Assembly: GCA_951406725.2 (NCBI GenBank)
Contig: OX597827.1
Location: forward strand, 40,176,001-40,240,000
Length of the DNA stretch: 64,000 nucleotides
DNA from: Octopus vulgaris
Taxonomy: Eukaryota
Direction of reading: 5' to 3'
Part shown: piece after piece, positions 51,065 through 64,000 of the stretch
Layout: each line of letters starts with the position of its first letter
Numbering within the stretch: the first letter of the stretch is position 1
The notes under the pieces: generated by a model
The model's database searches: none
Seen by the model: the letters and a program-made list of their open reading frames with translations, nothing else
What the model was told of the DNA's origin: nothing
Made by a program: the position numbers and the translations under genes

Positions 51065-54000
51065 GTTCTATATAAAATATCAAATTGATAAAAGCATTTT
51101 TTTATAAACCAAAAGAGAATCATGTTAGAAAAAAATTTTAACTAAAGCCATATCAAATACAAAATGAAAAATATTGATATGAAATAAAATAAAAAAATAT
51201 TCAATCTTTAAAGTTTCATTGTTGAATTTTGATTTGAGTTTGAATTACTCTAGCTCCAACTTTCCATAATACTTGGATGTTTTCATAAATGAAAATGTGG
51301 AACATACAAAGGTTATGGACATTGACATTCTCAGACTAACTCCAAAATGTTTTCAGTTTCAAATATAAAATATGCAAAAAAAAAAAAAAATGAACTGAAA
51401 CTCATCTTGTAATAAAACAGTTTACCCAGAGTAATTCAACTAAGGTTGGTAGAGTCAGTCTGAAAATGGAACTCACAAACTCTTTCACTGCTTTGTAACT
51501 CAGAGATCATAACACCCTAATTTAGTGGTAGATTTGTTCATTAAAAATAATTAAAAATTATGAATCAAAGACACACACACATACAAAGTAATTGTTCAGT
51601 AAACTATCTCAACCTCAGTTTACATCTAGTGCTTACAGATTGAGTGTATGGAGAATTAAATTCAATGTAGACAGATAAAACTATATAATGAAAGGCATAG
51701 CTTGGCTCTACCAATTTACAATAATTATGACAATTATAAAACTTATGAGAATGAAGATGATAAAGATTTCTTAATCACAAAGCTAATTTTTGTTACAGAG
51801 TTATTGATTATAAATGCATGAACCCCACTGTAACATTGGTGTAATTTTATTGGTCATCGTGGAAATAAAAGGGAAAAACAAACAAGACAAAACTTGGATT
51901 TAATAACAAGCAGAATAACACTTAGAAATACTACACATATAATACTGTATATACTACCCAATAATTTCATATAAATAAAAACAAGACCAACTTTCACAAT
52001 GGTGAAGGGATGTAGACAGTTGAATCAACTTTATTACTACTACAACTCTATTAAACTGAAAGAAAGAGAGAGAGAGAGATGAAAAATGAAGTAAACTACA
52101 GAGAAATTTAAATTCTGAAAATACAGAAATGAAACCAAATACACGAAGACAATGAATGTTGATTCGCCACTCTCACCTAATAATCATAAAACGCTGGAAC
52201 ATTTCAAACTATTATATTTCACTACTTCTCTCCAAACTATTATATTACATGACTGAATAAATGCAGTCAGTTTTAATACTGAAATAATAAAAATGATTTG
52301 TAACACAGGCATAAGGCCACAAATATTTGGAAAGTATTGTCAATCCAACTGACTCAAATATCTATTTTATCAAGTCCAAAAAGTTGAAAAGCTGAATCAA
52401 CCTCAGCAGGGTTTGAACTCAGAATGTAAAGTGATATAATTATACACTGTAAAGCATTCTATCCAGTGTTTTACTAATTCTGACACTCAACCATCAGCAC
52501 ACAGCCATTTATATACAGTGAGAGGAATATTTGATTTAAATTACCCCAGAACTTGATTCATATTATGAAATATTCATTGATTCTGAAAGTATGAAACACA
52601 CAGTCAACTAATGGGATTTGAACTCTTTATATATGAGAATATGATGGGTTTTATACTGGTACAAGGATAAACTTATAGAGGAGGAGCATAGTTGACTCAA
52701 TTGAATCAACTATAAAATACTGTTTTTTATATTATTGACTTTAACAAAATAAACAATAAAATTGCTTTGACAAAATCTGAATTCAAAGAGTAAAAGGAGG
52801 TAGCTAAATACAGTGAGGCATTTTGCCCGAAACTCTACCTTTTCTTTTCACTCTTTCCAATTGTTGGTCTTTTGTGATAAAAATAATTTCTGATGTAGTC
52901 AGAAGGCCAGAAATTTTTTTTATGGACTCCAGAAGGATGAAAGGCAAAGTTGACTTTAGCAGGATTTCAAATCAGAGTGTAAAAGACCATAACTAACTGC
53001 TGCAAGGTATTTTGTTTGATGTTCTGAAGAATTCTGCCAATTCACCAAATGATAATAAAAAATACTGGTTTTCATGCAACATACCCAAAGACATAAAATA
53101 CAGACAAACATACAACCAAATTCAATTATTTTCACTGGTTCAAATTTCAAAATGATAAAACTATCATAGCCATCTTAATTTGAATTATGAGTGAAAAATT
53201 TTTTAAAATCAACTGAAAAAAAAATACTTAAAAACTGAAATCAAAATTTCAACTCAAATCAAAATTCACTTTTTTAATCAATTTAGTTTTTATGTTAAAA
53301 TGAATTTCAATTTTAACATTTAAAAATATTTTTAATTCTATTTATTCTTCCCTTTGATTGGCTCATTTATTTAAACATTTTAGTATCATCCATTTGAAAT
53401 TTTAAACTGAAAACAAACAAAAAAACTTTTTAAGACCCTAGGTATCAGTCTTGTTGAAAATCATCTTTTCTTTTTCTTATTCTACATAACCAATAATAAA
53501 CAAATGCCAGTAGAGGTAAAAAGATAAAGATAAGGAATTGGATGGCTGGATAGATTATCATTCAGTTTCACACTCACTTTAGATGAGCAGGCAACTTCTA
53601 CAGTTCATTTTGCTATGAGGTAGGGGAAAAGCTGGGTAAGTTCATGGCTCTTCAAGGAAATGTATAAAATTGATAGGAGGATGAGCAGGAAGGGATTATA
53701 TTCCTATTTCATGTACTTCACAGAAATAGCAAAAAAAAAAAAAAATAATACTGAACCTTTGAATACTGTCTTCATTAAAAGATTAACTTAAAGGAGTTTA
53801 TTATCAAGTAGGGCATAGTAAGACAAAGGGAAAGATGGTGTTGCTGTATGGATAAAGGTTGTTCGTTTTCATGGGAGAGGTTATCAATTAGAATTCTAGA
53901 CAATTTTAAATTGCAGCAGTAATTGTAGTTTGCAAATATAAGCAAAAGAAATTATTTGCAGCTACTGGTATAATCTATAAGCCAGTGTCTTTCTGTTTAT

Positions 54001-54303
54001 CTGACAATGAAATATATGGTTGGCTTCATCTATAATTAAAGTTTAAATCTTCTCACAAAAGAAAAAAAAAAAAATCAATTGCAATGTCTGTTTTCTGATT
54101 GGATAAAATGTCCAAATTTCTGGTTTTCATTAATTTTTTTTTTTTAATAATAAACCCCATCCCTACTTTATTATATTTGTTGTTTATATATATATTTGAT
54201 GGGTTTTTTTCTCTTCTTTCCAGTTAAAAAAGGTAAGGTTGTGAAATAAACATGATCCGCATCTCACAACCTCTTTGTAGTTTTTCTTGCTTTCTGCCCT
54301 GCC

Positions 54304-54528
54304 TTACGTCTTGACCTCTCTTTTATCAGTGAAGAAACTCTTCATGATGAGCACCTGCCCAACTGTGATGATTAAGATGACTAAAGACTGACCCACGGAC
54401 CAGTACAGCACACGCTCATTGAGGTCTTCAGCAAATGATCTAGTCTGGCTCTCTCTAAGTCGGAAATGAGTTTGATAGTCCACTATCTGATTTAAATGTT
54501 CATGGTTAACCACAGCTGAGCTCTCCAT
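54304..54528 (-). CDS. p24-gamma (TMED7/TMED3-like) terminal exon A (proximal): coiled-coil, TM and tail [10 protein letters not shown]
   Basis: Motifs [21 protein letters not shown] and GQV...SFFTDKR are diagnostic of TMED7/3; preceded on the - strand by acceptor tgtctgttctcttgtag; the initial M is internal (phase 0). Confidence 0.93.
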   Translation of the reverse strand: MESSAVVNHEHLNQIVDYQTHFRLRESQTRSFAEDLNERVLYWSVGQSLVILIITVGQVLIMKSFFTDKREVKT

Positions 54529-54907
54529 CTACAAGAGAACAGACAAACACCATTTTCCAGTTGACCGCACACAAACAAAAGTTAAATAAAAATAAGCAAT
54601 AATTGAAATAAACAAAATCAAAATAAATATAACAAAATGTAGCAAGGAATATTATTGTTGTTGCTGTGTTGCTCATGACTAACATAAGCTAATTATTCTG
54701 TTGTGCACAAATAAAAGCCATGGCTACAGTGGATTTGTACAGAGATTATGAGCCAACCAGCCAACCATTTCTTTTTAAGAGCTAATGTTTAGTTATGACT
54801 ATTTTTGGTATTGATGTTCCACTACCTTAAAGCTAATTTAACAACTTTGAATTAGGACATGGATGCTTTTATTTAAATTTTTACACAGATGATATGAAAA
54901 TAATATT

Positions 54908-55433
54908 CAGTGCTACTTTGGTGTGTGATCTACAATTTAAAGAGAAATTACTTTCGGTTACTTTTTAGTTTGCTTTTCAATTTCTAAATTTTTTATAAAT
55001 TCTTTTGTACATACTTAGCATTGTTAATGTGTTTTTTTCAAAATTGTTACTATTTTAATAATAATAAAACCATGTTTCACTTATGTCTTAGTAAATAATA
55101 AAAAACCAAGAATAAACAATATGCTAATTAAAATAAGCACGTAGATCACAAAAGTTTGAGAGCTGCCCGTTTTGCAACGTAAAGTTGGCAAAATTTCACC
55201 ACTTTTCTCTTCTCTTCAAGCTTCCTGCATTTCTCCACCACAACGACGACATGGTACAACATTTTCTGCATCATTTAAAAGGCCATTTTTTCATGAAGAT
55301 ACAACTGCCTTTATCTCATTGCTTATTGCATTGTAAAAATCTTTAGGTAACATCTGAAGGGTTTTTAGAAATTGAAAAGTAACCTAAAGTAATATGCCTT
55401 TAAATTGTAGATCACACACCAAAATAGCCCCTG
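54908..55433 (-). mobile_element. Internally deleted DNA transposon, Merlin/IS1595-like
   Basis: About 70-bp imperfect TIRs (tttggtgtgtgatctacaatttaaag...ttactt); relic ORF from 55353 on the - strand MLPKDFYNAISNE...GLLNDAENVVPCRRCGGEM...PTLRCK. Confidence 0.7.
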
Positions 55434-58400
55434 ATATTCTATGACTAAAACTAAACTATTTGTTTCTCATCACTGTGTGAAAATTATTATTAACACCATG
55501 TAGCTTCTTATTAGTACTATTAGTATTGAAGGTGGCAAGCTGGCAGAATTGTTGCCATACCAGACAAAATGCTTAGCAGCATTTTATCTGTCTGTTTTGA
55601 GTTCAAATTCCACTGAGGGCAACATTGCTTTTCATCCTTTCAGTGTTGGTAAAATAAGTACCAGTCAAGCGCTGAGGTCAATGTAATTGACCAGCCCCAA
55701 CCTAGCCAAAAGTTCAGGCACTGTGACTTTAATAGAAAGGATTATTATTATTATTATTATCATTACTATTATTGTGGCCTAGTGGTTAGGGTGTTAAACT
55801 CAAAATTGCAATATCGTGATTTCAATTCCTGGACTGGCCAAGGTATTGTGTTCTTGAGCAATCCTCTTCATTTCACATAGCTCTGCATCTAATATATGAC
55901 ACATTGTGCATCTGTACAGGCAATGTCAGTTTGATGGAGGGAGTGAGCTGATAATGTCCAGCACAAACATTTGATTACTATAAACAAATCTGCACAGCTA
56001 GTTCAGCAAGAAATTGTGGAACTCTCATCTACTACAGATAATGATTATTATTAACAGTAGTAGTTCCTCCACATTTAATTCAATAACTACATTCTACTTA
56101 GGTCAGCTTCAACCTAAGGTAGAATAAAACAATGTTATATACTGGCAAGATCAAGTCAATTGCATATAAAACCTTCCCCAATTAAATATCTATTTAAGAT
56201 GATTATTATTATTATTATTATTATTATGGTGGATTTCGTGCAAATGCCAGAAAATATTATCATTAATACAATAGCTAAGTGAGTAAGATATTGAACTATT
56301 GGCTCACAGCAATGTTTTGTTATGTCTCTGGCAACAACTTGCTTAATTACTTGTCTCAGTATTCCTCTTTTCTAATCATTGTTTTCTTTTAAATAATTAC
56401 CATTATCTTTATATTTATTCTACATCTATTTCATGCTTGAATAGGTTGGATAGTTCAACAAATGCACACATTTTCATGGATAATGTTAATACAACCAAGG
56501 AGATAGAGCAAAGAAAGTGCTTAAATATGCATATCCAAATGTCTATGTGAAAACTAAAATGCCAGTGTGCATGCTGTTCCATATTAATAGATGCATTTGT
56601 CAATGTGCATATGCCAGTGTGCACAAATATGTAACTACACCTATTCATATATATACAGGAATAAAAGCCATAGATTTTATACAGGAAAGATATGAGATTG
56701 AATAACAATGATGCATTCAAGGACATTAAAGCACAGAGGTCTCAATGAGAAATTAAAACAGGTTTGTATGAATCATTATTGCTACAAGCAAAAACAAATT
56801 TGCTATACAGGCAAGACGCCACAAATATATTGAGTACAAGGAAATGCAATTGTCTGATCAATCTAGTTTCAGTTGCACTAAGTGATGCATGATTAAATAA
56901 AGAATAAAACATTGAAAAACAATCTTAAACACTCCATATGAAACCTGCACTGCTTTCATGAACAGAGACCTTGAAAACATTCAATGGTAGGGTGAGATAT
57001 GACAATCTTATATTTTTTGACAGCACAAAGTCAATCACTGCAAGCAGCAATCTTTTTCTCCATGTACCATGTCTAAGATAACAATAATCATGAACCTCCA
57101 TGCCCTCTAGTACCCCAACACAACATAATTGGGATGGTTTTCCTGAAGCCAACTGGTAAAGCCATTGAGTATCTTCTCCTCTATCTGCTTCTTCTTTTCA
57201 GTTTCTCAGTTGTCACCAAATGCTCAAAGCTCCTTATGTCAGTGAGAAGCTTTCCAATGGTTTTTGCTCATCTAAGGAGCTCATTGTTTATTACTGTCAG
57301 CATAAGATAGCTTCAGCTTTCTTCTAAGGAACCACATCTTTGTAACACAATTTTGTGGTTGTTGATGTTCCAATACACAATAACCTCAAAGTTACTATAA
57401 ATGCTAAACATGAAAATATGATCTTTCTTGGCAAGATCATCTTTCACATAAGATCTGCTTCCCAGATCTTTCTGCTCAGGGTCAGCAACAAAGTTTAAGT
57501 AGGCCTACATCTAAGACAATTATGCTGCTACACACACAAACATATTTAACTGTATGCAACTGCATTCAACAGATTGCCTTATTCTGTTTAATTCCATTAT
57601 TGCTGCAATAAGGGCTTCTGCTTCTCAAAACTAACTAGATGCATACCTCCTCCACTTAAATCTCTTATCTATTGCCTCTTGTCATCCATACTGTGTTATA
57701 TATATATATATATATATATCCAAACCCCACACAAATTACTTCCCAATCCTTCAATACCAAAATTTCAAATGCTCAAAATCCCTTTCTGTACATATTTTTC
57801 TTGCAGATATTAAAATACAGATGTTTAAACTGAGCATCATTCATATCAGTCTCACCAACCAATTTCAGTTTGAAAATCATGGAAGCCTAAACCAAACTAC
57901 AATATTGACAGCAACATAGGTGTACGTGAATAGCAGTGATGGAGTGAATGCACACAAATGGCTTGTATATTGGCCAGGCCAGCCTCAGTTATGGATACAT
58001 GATGAAATATGATTTTGTCAAACAACTATGAAATAAAGGAGAACATTGTGGGATAAACAAACAACACAAAAATAGATATATTTTGTTGAAATTAATAATA
58101 ATTGACATGAGCAGAGAGGGTTTATTAATTTAAATGCCACTGAAGCAAGAATGGATAACTTTCCCAATAGCTAACCATATTATGGGATTACTTTTGTTAG
58201 AGCAAGTTAACTAAGGCCTTTTGATTTATGTGCATTGCTCAGGTTGTGGTCAAAAATCACAACAGATTAATTGTACAGGTAAAATTTACTTACTGTTGAG
58301 AGTCAGCAATGTAATTGTACAGTAAGCGAGTGCTGAACATATCTAATTCAATAAAATATCAGCTATTTGAGGAATCAGCAGTTTGTATCCAAAGAGTAAC

Positions 58401-58849
58401 AGTGAGGTGTCCACGATCTAAGTATTTAACTCTATAATAGCACAGTACATCTAGCTGTACATAGGTGCTAACATTTTAAAATAAGTTAACTCATTCTGCT
58501 AGTTAGGATATCTATTATGACCTTGTTGAGCCATGATGGAAATACTATCACAGTCACACTATAAGTGTGACTATTTCATGACCGCTACTATCCACAGGAT
58601 TGATTAAAACTATTATTCATCAATTTGATGATTGTCTTCAGAATTTTCCCCATTTTTAAAAACTTTTTCAATATATTTAGGTAATTTAAAAAGAGGATGA
58701 TAATAATTTAATAGTGGTAAGAGCATCAGACAAGATATATATATATATATATATTTCTAGTTTGCTGGTTTGTGGTTCAAGTCCTGCTGAAGTCCATTTC
58801 AGCTTCTCATCTTTTCAACATAGATAAAACAAGCCTGTAACTCTAGTAT

Positions 58850-59720
58850 GATATAAGAGAAGGGCTTATTCCAACCAATAATCTAATAAAAGTGAATCTC
58901 AGAAAACATAGGAATACGTTTTCAGCCACCAACTCTAGGTGTGCAAGAGGGCTCATAATGTAGCTTATTGTCATTACAAGTATTAATGGTAACATGCAAC
59001 TCAATACAATCTGTTGCATAGTCAAGTCACTGGTGACTAAACCAATAGCCCCATCAAGCTTGCTTGGTGAAAAAAGTAATTTGGAGATTTTGTGATGTCC
59101 ATGACATTTTCATCAGTATTATTTAATATAACTGAATTATTACCAATCATGAATTAAAACCCACTCTCAGACATGACACTTGTCAACTTTTTTATGTCCA
59201 AGTCAGTGAAAGGTCAGGTAATATCAATGACTTCAACAAACCATCTCAGAAAAAAAAAAAAACCTACCACTAGGGAGACAATGGAATTCAGGAGAATCAA
59301 TGGCCAACCAATTTTGTTTATGACGCTTGAAATGACTAAATTTTCAGTTGATTGCACAGAAGAAATCCAACAAGTTTCAACTGGTAGAAAGGCAATATCC
59401 AGCAGCATTACCTGGTCTTCTCACTGCATTGCTGATAAAACCCCAATCATCTTGGATGCTATGCTATTGGTCCAGAAAGTAATTAGGGACGAGAGATTGG
59501 GGCTGATCATCCAGTGCAGACCTTATTCACCATCATCTAAGTACAGTGTAAGTCAAGACTCAAGCGATTTCAAACCACACACACAGACAGCAAATCTTTC
59601 ACTGTAAGAAGCAGGGTATTGCAAGAATCTGCCACAATGAAGTACAGCCACTTCTATAGTTTCATTGCTTAGAAGGTGTAATTATAGGCAGAAGCAATCA
59701 CAAATCTGATTACCTGTGTA
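58850..59720 (-). mobile_element. Heavily decayed LINE fragment, probably endonuclease region
   Basis: Higher-complexity pseudo-coding stretch sharing acacttgtcaa.tttttatgtc with about 61050; no intact motifs. Confidence 0.35.
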
Positions 59721-62489
59721 GATGCATCCCGCATTGTTGTGGTGTATAGTAGTAAAGTTTTGGTCATTTTCAGAAACAAAGAACAAACATCAGCCAATAA
59801 TGCAGATGTGTTAAGAAGCCAAGACAGAACAGAACTCATTTGCTAAAGCTTAGAAGTGGTAGTAATGTTACAGCTGCTATAGATGTTAGTGTTAAAATTT
59901 TGATGTTATTGTTATTTGAATTACTTTTGGATTAATAATTGTTTCTTAGATTAGAGAAATGATTGCTTACACTGTTCTTATAACATTTATCAATATAGAA
60001 GCACAGTCTTATATTGATTCATAACTGAAACTGTTCATAGACCAAGTGTATATGGAGAAAACATATCATGGTTTTCCATTAATGAATGGTGTATGTAATT
60101 TGGAAAAACTATTTTTGTTTGTTCTTGTTCCTCACTGTGTATATGTACATATATATATTTATATATATATTTCAAAATCTAATGGAATAGTTTTATCTGA
60201 GATAATGTTCCACTTTTAATTACTACTGTTCTCGACCATTGCATGGTTAACGCACATCATTAATTTTTCACTTTGGATTCACTGACATGTGTTTTATTCT
60301 TTAACTTAACCATCACAATTTAATTTCTTTCAGACTATTAATGTAATCTTTTATATGTGCATCAGTGTTTGATCAGTTTCACCTTTGAGTGACAATTGTC
60401 TTCACATGTCCTATATTTACTAATAAACATAGGCTGAGTAGAATGTAGAATTAATATTTCTACTTGGCAGATATCAATGTTGTGAATCTCAAAACAGTAG
60501 GTAAATGATTCAGGGTTTTAGAACTCAACATTTATAAATAAAGGTTCTGAACTAGAACTTCAAATATATATACATATATCTAAATATAGGCATGAAAATG
60601 TAGTGAAAGCAACAATCAAGATAAGAACACTAGTCCGACCAATGTAAATAGTGTACATGAATAATTGAAGACCAAATTAATCACAACGTTGTCTAACAAA
60701 CAAATACACAAAAGAGATGATTAATAAATCCGAAAAGTGTAAGTCGTCATAGCAATAACTCAAATTAAAAGTACAATTACCTTGCTTCAAAACACACACA
60801 TATACAAAGCAGCAGCAATAGAAGAGTGTGTAGAAAGTACATCAATCAGTTAGAAATTAGTAATTCCCATCTCCCATCCAGGGAGGTACATGTGAAACAG
60901 TAAGTTTCAAACTTTATAGCAATTTATTACTTTGGCTCAGTTTTATAGATGATTGGAAATGGGATTTTGTGACATTCGTAGCATTTTCAGCTGTATCAAC
61001 AATAATTGAACTACAGTCACTCATGAATCAAAGCCCGCTCAGATTTGACACTTGTCAATGTTTTTATGTCAAAGTTAGCAAAAGGAGGACAGTACCTATA
61101 ACATTTACAGGCTCTCCCAGAATGCTGTGGTTGATAAGGCTGATATCAAACTTGAACACCCACAGGAAAACTGTAGGTGGGAGTAAATGCTTGCAAAGAG
61201 CAGAGTAACCTAAAAACCTCAAAAGACCAAGGAAATACTACTTTACAATAATTACATACAAGCTTCCACCCTTTTGTTGTAAACAAATATATCTTCTATC
61301 TCTTACTTGTTTCAGTCATTGGGCAGTAGCTATGATGGAATTTTTACATAGGAAATTCTAATGTATTTTGAGGTCTAAACTAAATTAAGATTCCCTTAAT
61401 GTTGATATATATATATATACATATTAATTAACTCCCTTGTTTCTTGAGAATGTAGCATGACAAGATTATAAATTTTTAAAAATGCTTTATAACACACTGT
61501 TTGAGCTTTACATTCAAGTAGAAGAACCATGATGAAAATCAGCAAATCATGGTGAAAATCAGACTTGAAGCAAGGCAGATTCTTTTATTCCTTTATTCTT
61601 TCTCTGGTTTCAGTCATTGGACTGCATCTAAGTTAGTATATATTAGCCCAGAATTTCTTTTACTGGTCTCTATTTGTCAAACTGCTGCTTTATGGAACCT
61701 ACAGAAACAACGCCAGTTTATAGACCAGAATAAAGAATCTTAGTCACACATGATAGACAACTACACAGTTTCTGTTTATCAATTTCCACCTACAAGGTAC
61801 GAGTCAACCCTAAATTTTAGAAAACACTTGCATAAAATGATGTACAGTTGGGTCACCCCTGGAGCCAAGTGGTTGCTAAGTCAACTTCTTAATCATACAT
61901 GTGCCTATAGTATGAAGCAATAAATATAGCATAAAATGTGGCTTCAATAAGTAAAACTCTACTGAAATATAGATTCTGAGTTAGATGAGAATTGGATGAA
62001 AGATTGACAGATTTATTGCCAAAGGCTAAATGTATATTGCCAATCAATTTACACATCAGATTTACACAACACTTGTGTGGACAGACTAACACTTCTTGTA
62101 CAAAGATACAACAATGGCAACCCAAAGGAGCTGCATATAGTCACTTAACTTGCAAACAATAATCTATTTAATAAACTTCACTACACACGTGCACATACAC
62201 CATCCAGAAGAGGAAATTTCAGATTGGAAGCAAAATAAGAATCAAAAAACCTTTAAATAAATCTAAGATTAAAGTATTAGCATAAAAGAAAACAGCCATC
62301 ACCATCCAGGAAGTGGCCATGCTCGATCTGCAGAAAAGAAGGGGGTAGGAATTCCAAATGATGTACTCTAAACTATGGATGCACAAGAAGTGTAGTGGGA
62401 TCACAAGCAGTATAAGCAGGCTGACAGGAAAGATAGACTTCATACGTAACAAATATAATTAACAGTAAGAGTATACATGAAATAAATTC

Positions 62490-62965
62490 CTTCAAATGCT
62501 CAAAAGGTTCCCTATAATTAGGTGATCTAATTAGCAGTGGAGAAGAGTATTCTGAAAGCACAGCTACCAGGGTAATAACAGTATGAAAAAAAATTTGAGG
62601 AACTATTGACACTGCTAACAAAGGAATTCTCTCTCTGAGTGAAAGACAGATTGCATGATGCTTTTGTATGACATGCAATGTTGTATAGTAGCAAGACATG
62701 GGTATTAGATGCAGAAGATATGCAAAGATTGGAAAGAAATAAGATGAACATGCTCTGTTGGATGGGTCATATTAGTGTGCATAGACAGAGCACAAATGAG
62801 CTGAGAGTAAAAAAGATACAAGAGGAATCATAAGTAGCATGCAAAAGAGATGACTGAGTTGGTATAGACATGTGAGGCACCTTAAAAACGACTGTTGAGT
62901 AAAGCCTGACAATCCAAGTAGAAGGAACCTACAGGAGAGGAAAACCAAGGAAGACACAGGAAGAA
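62490..62965 (+). mobile_element. Decayed RTE LINE 3' region
   Basis: Relics of KGRLYDA...ETW, LERNKM.ML.W and SMQ..LSWYRHV...VEG..RRGKPRKT. Confidence 0.7.
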
Positions 62966-64000
62966 ATTAAGGAAAATGCAAAGTGTATTGGTTATTTGTG
63001 AACAAACTATAGTGAGCTGTAAATGGCAGGTGGCCCAAATTACACTTTGTAGTATGCAACAAACATCGACTTGCTCATTTCTTTTTCAAATGTATCAACA
63101 GCATCAACATGTGAATTCCAATTTGACACAAAAAATGAAAAGGCATGTGGCTCTAGCAATTCAGAGATCACCAGCTTCTTGAATGTAGTGTTCAAGAAAA
63201 AACTAGAAGACTCAAGCAAGGGACTTGGCATCTATGGCTAAGATCTATTATAAAAATGAGAGCTCCAGCAGACCAATGTGAATTATTACCAAGAAGCTTA
63301 AAAGATAAGTGGTGCAAAAAGAATCATACAAGTTCTACATAAGAGGGCAGTTCATGTTTGGCAAAACCCAAGACAGCCATATAATCATACAACCCCAACA
63401 TCAAATAGCTTTCTAAATCTCCAGATTTAAATCACCTGAACTGAATACTGTTGGTGACAGAACATTCACAGGGCCACTAGACATCAACCCACAGGACCAA
63501 CTATTTGTCAGAGGTTTTCATTGTTAGTGTGGTAAGTGGCAGCCACCTTATCCTGCTATGCAACTGCTTCATTTTTCCTTTTTTTTTTTGTTTGATGCTT
63601 TTGTTTTTCATTGTATTTTGTTTTGCCATTAGTTGCCTGGCACACATACAATATATATACATAGAACTGCCAGTCATGTGAAATGTTTCAAGTTGTAAAA
63701 TCAGAACTTAATAGAAACAATAGACAGGCACAAAATAAGAGATATTGGAGTAACTTAAGAAAATAGAAAACTTCAAACAAAAACTCTACTCAACCTAAGA
63801 TCAGTAAACAATATACAAGGATGCATATAAACTTTTCTTATATATGCTTTTGTTCATGCCACTAGCTCAACAATACACTTTTCTTGTTTCTAACCATACA
63901 ATTGTGAGCAGTAAAAAAATAAACCTGTTATCACCAAGAAACCAAGCAAACAGTGCAATGTGTCTTAATCTTACAACCACTGTGCCTCAAACTGTTTTGA

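Noticed and set aside
59705-59790. Minus-strand ...ACACAG|gtaatc, which would fit the expected 'TQ' donor of the TMED GOLD exon
   Set aside because: The upstream translation (TKTLLLYTTTMRDASTQ) has no GOLD motifs such as CFSNEFS, and it adjoins a LINE relic.
63227-63245. Second possible U2 fragment (tggctaagatc)
   Set aside because: Only 11 nt match exactly; compatible with chance.

Overview
AT-rich, intron-rich animal genomic DNA, not prokaryotic. The SINE families, RTE/CR1/Dong LINE relics and microsatellites suggest an octopus genome (inference from recalled repeats). Two convergent membrane-traffic genes are present. (1) A complete 7-coding-exon Rab5-group GTPase, most like RabX1, on the + strand: ATG 3522 to stop 28287, 657 nt, 218 aa, all GT-AG introns with consistent phases, C-terminal CxC, and a CLEAR-like E-box upstream. 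(2) The 3' part of a p24-gamma (TMED7/TMED3-like) gene on the - strand, whose signal-peptide and GOLD exons were not found in the window. This gene has TWO intact paralogous last exons 14.5 kb apart (54304-54528 and 39615-39848). Each has its own phase-0 acceptor, stop codon and candidate poly(A) signal, which points to mutually exclusive terminal exons that swap coiled-coil, TM helix and cytosolic tail. The remainder is transposon-derived or low-complexity. Other notable items are a 34-nt U2 snRNA 5' fragment inside an RTE LINE, a Merlin/IS1595-like deletion derivative, a ~52-bp target-site duplication and a small candidate Pol III unit. Repeat boundaries are approximate unless a TIR or TSD is quoted. 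Almost all ORF-track entries are spurious.
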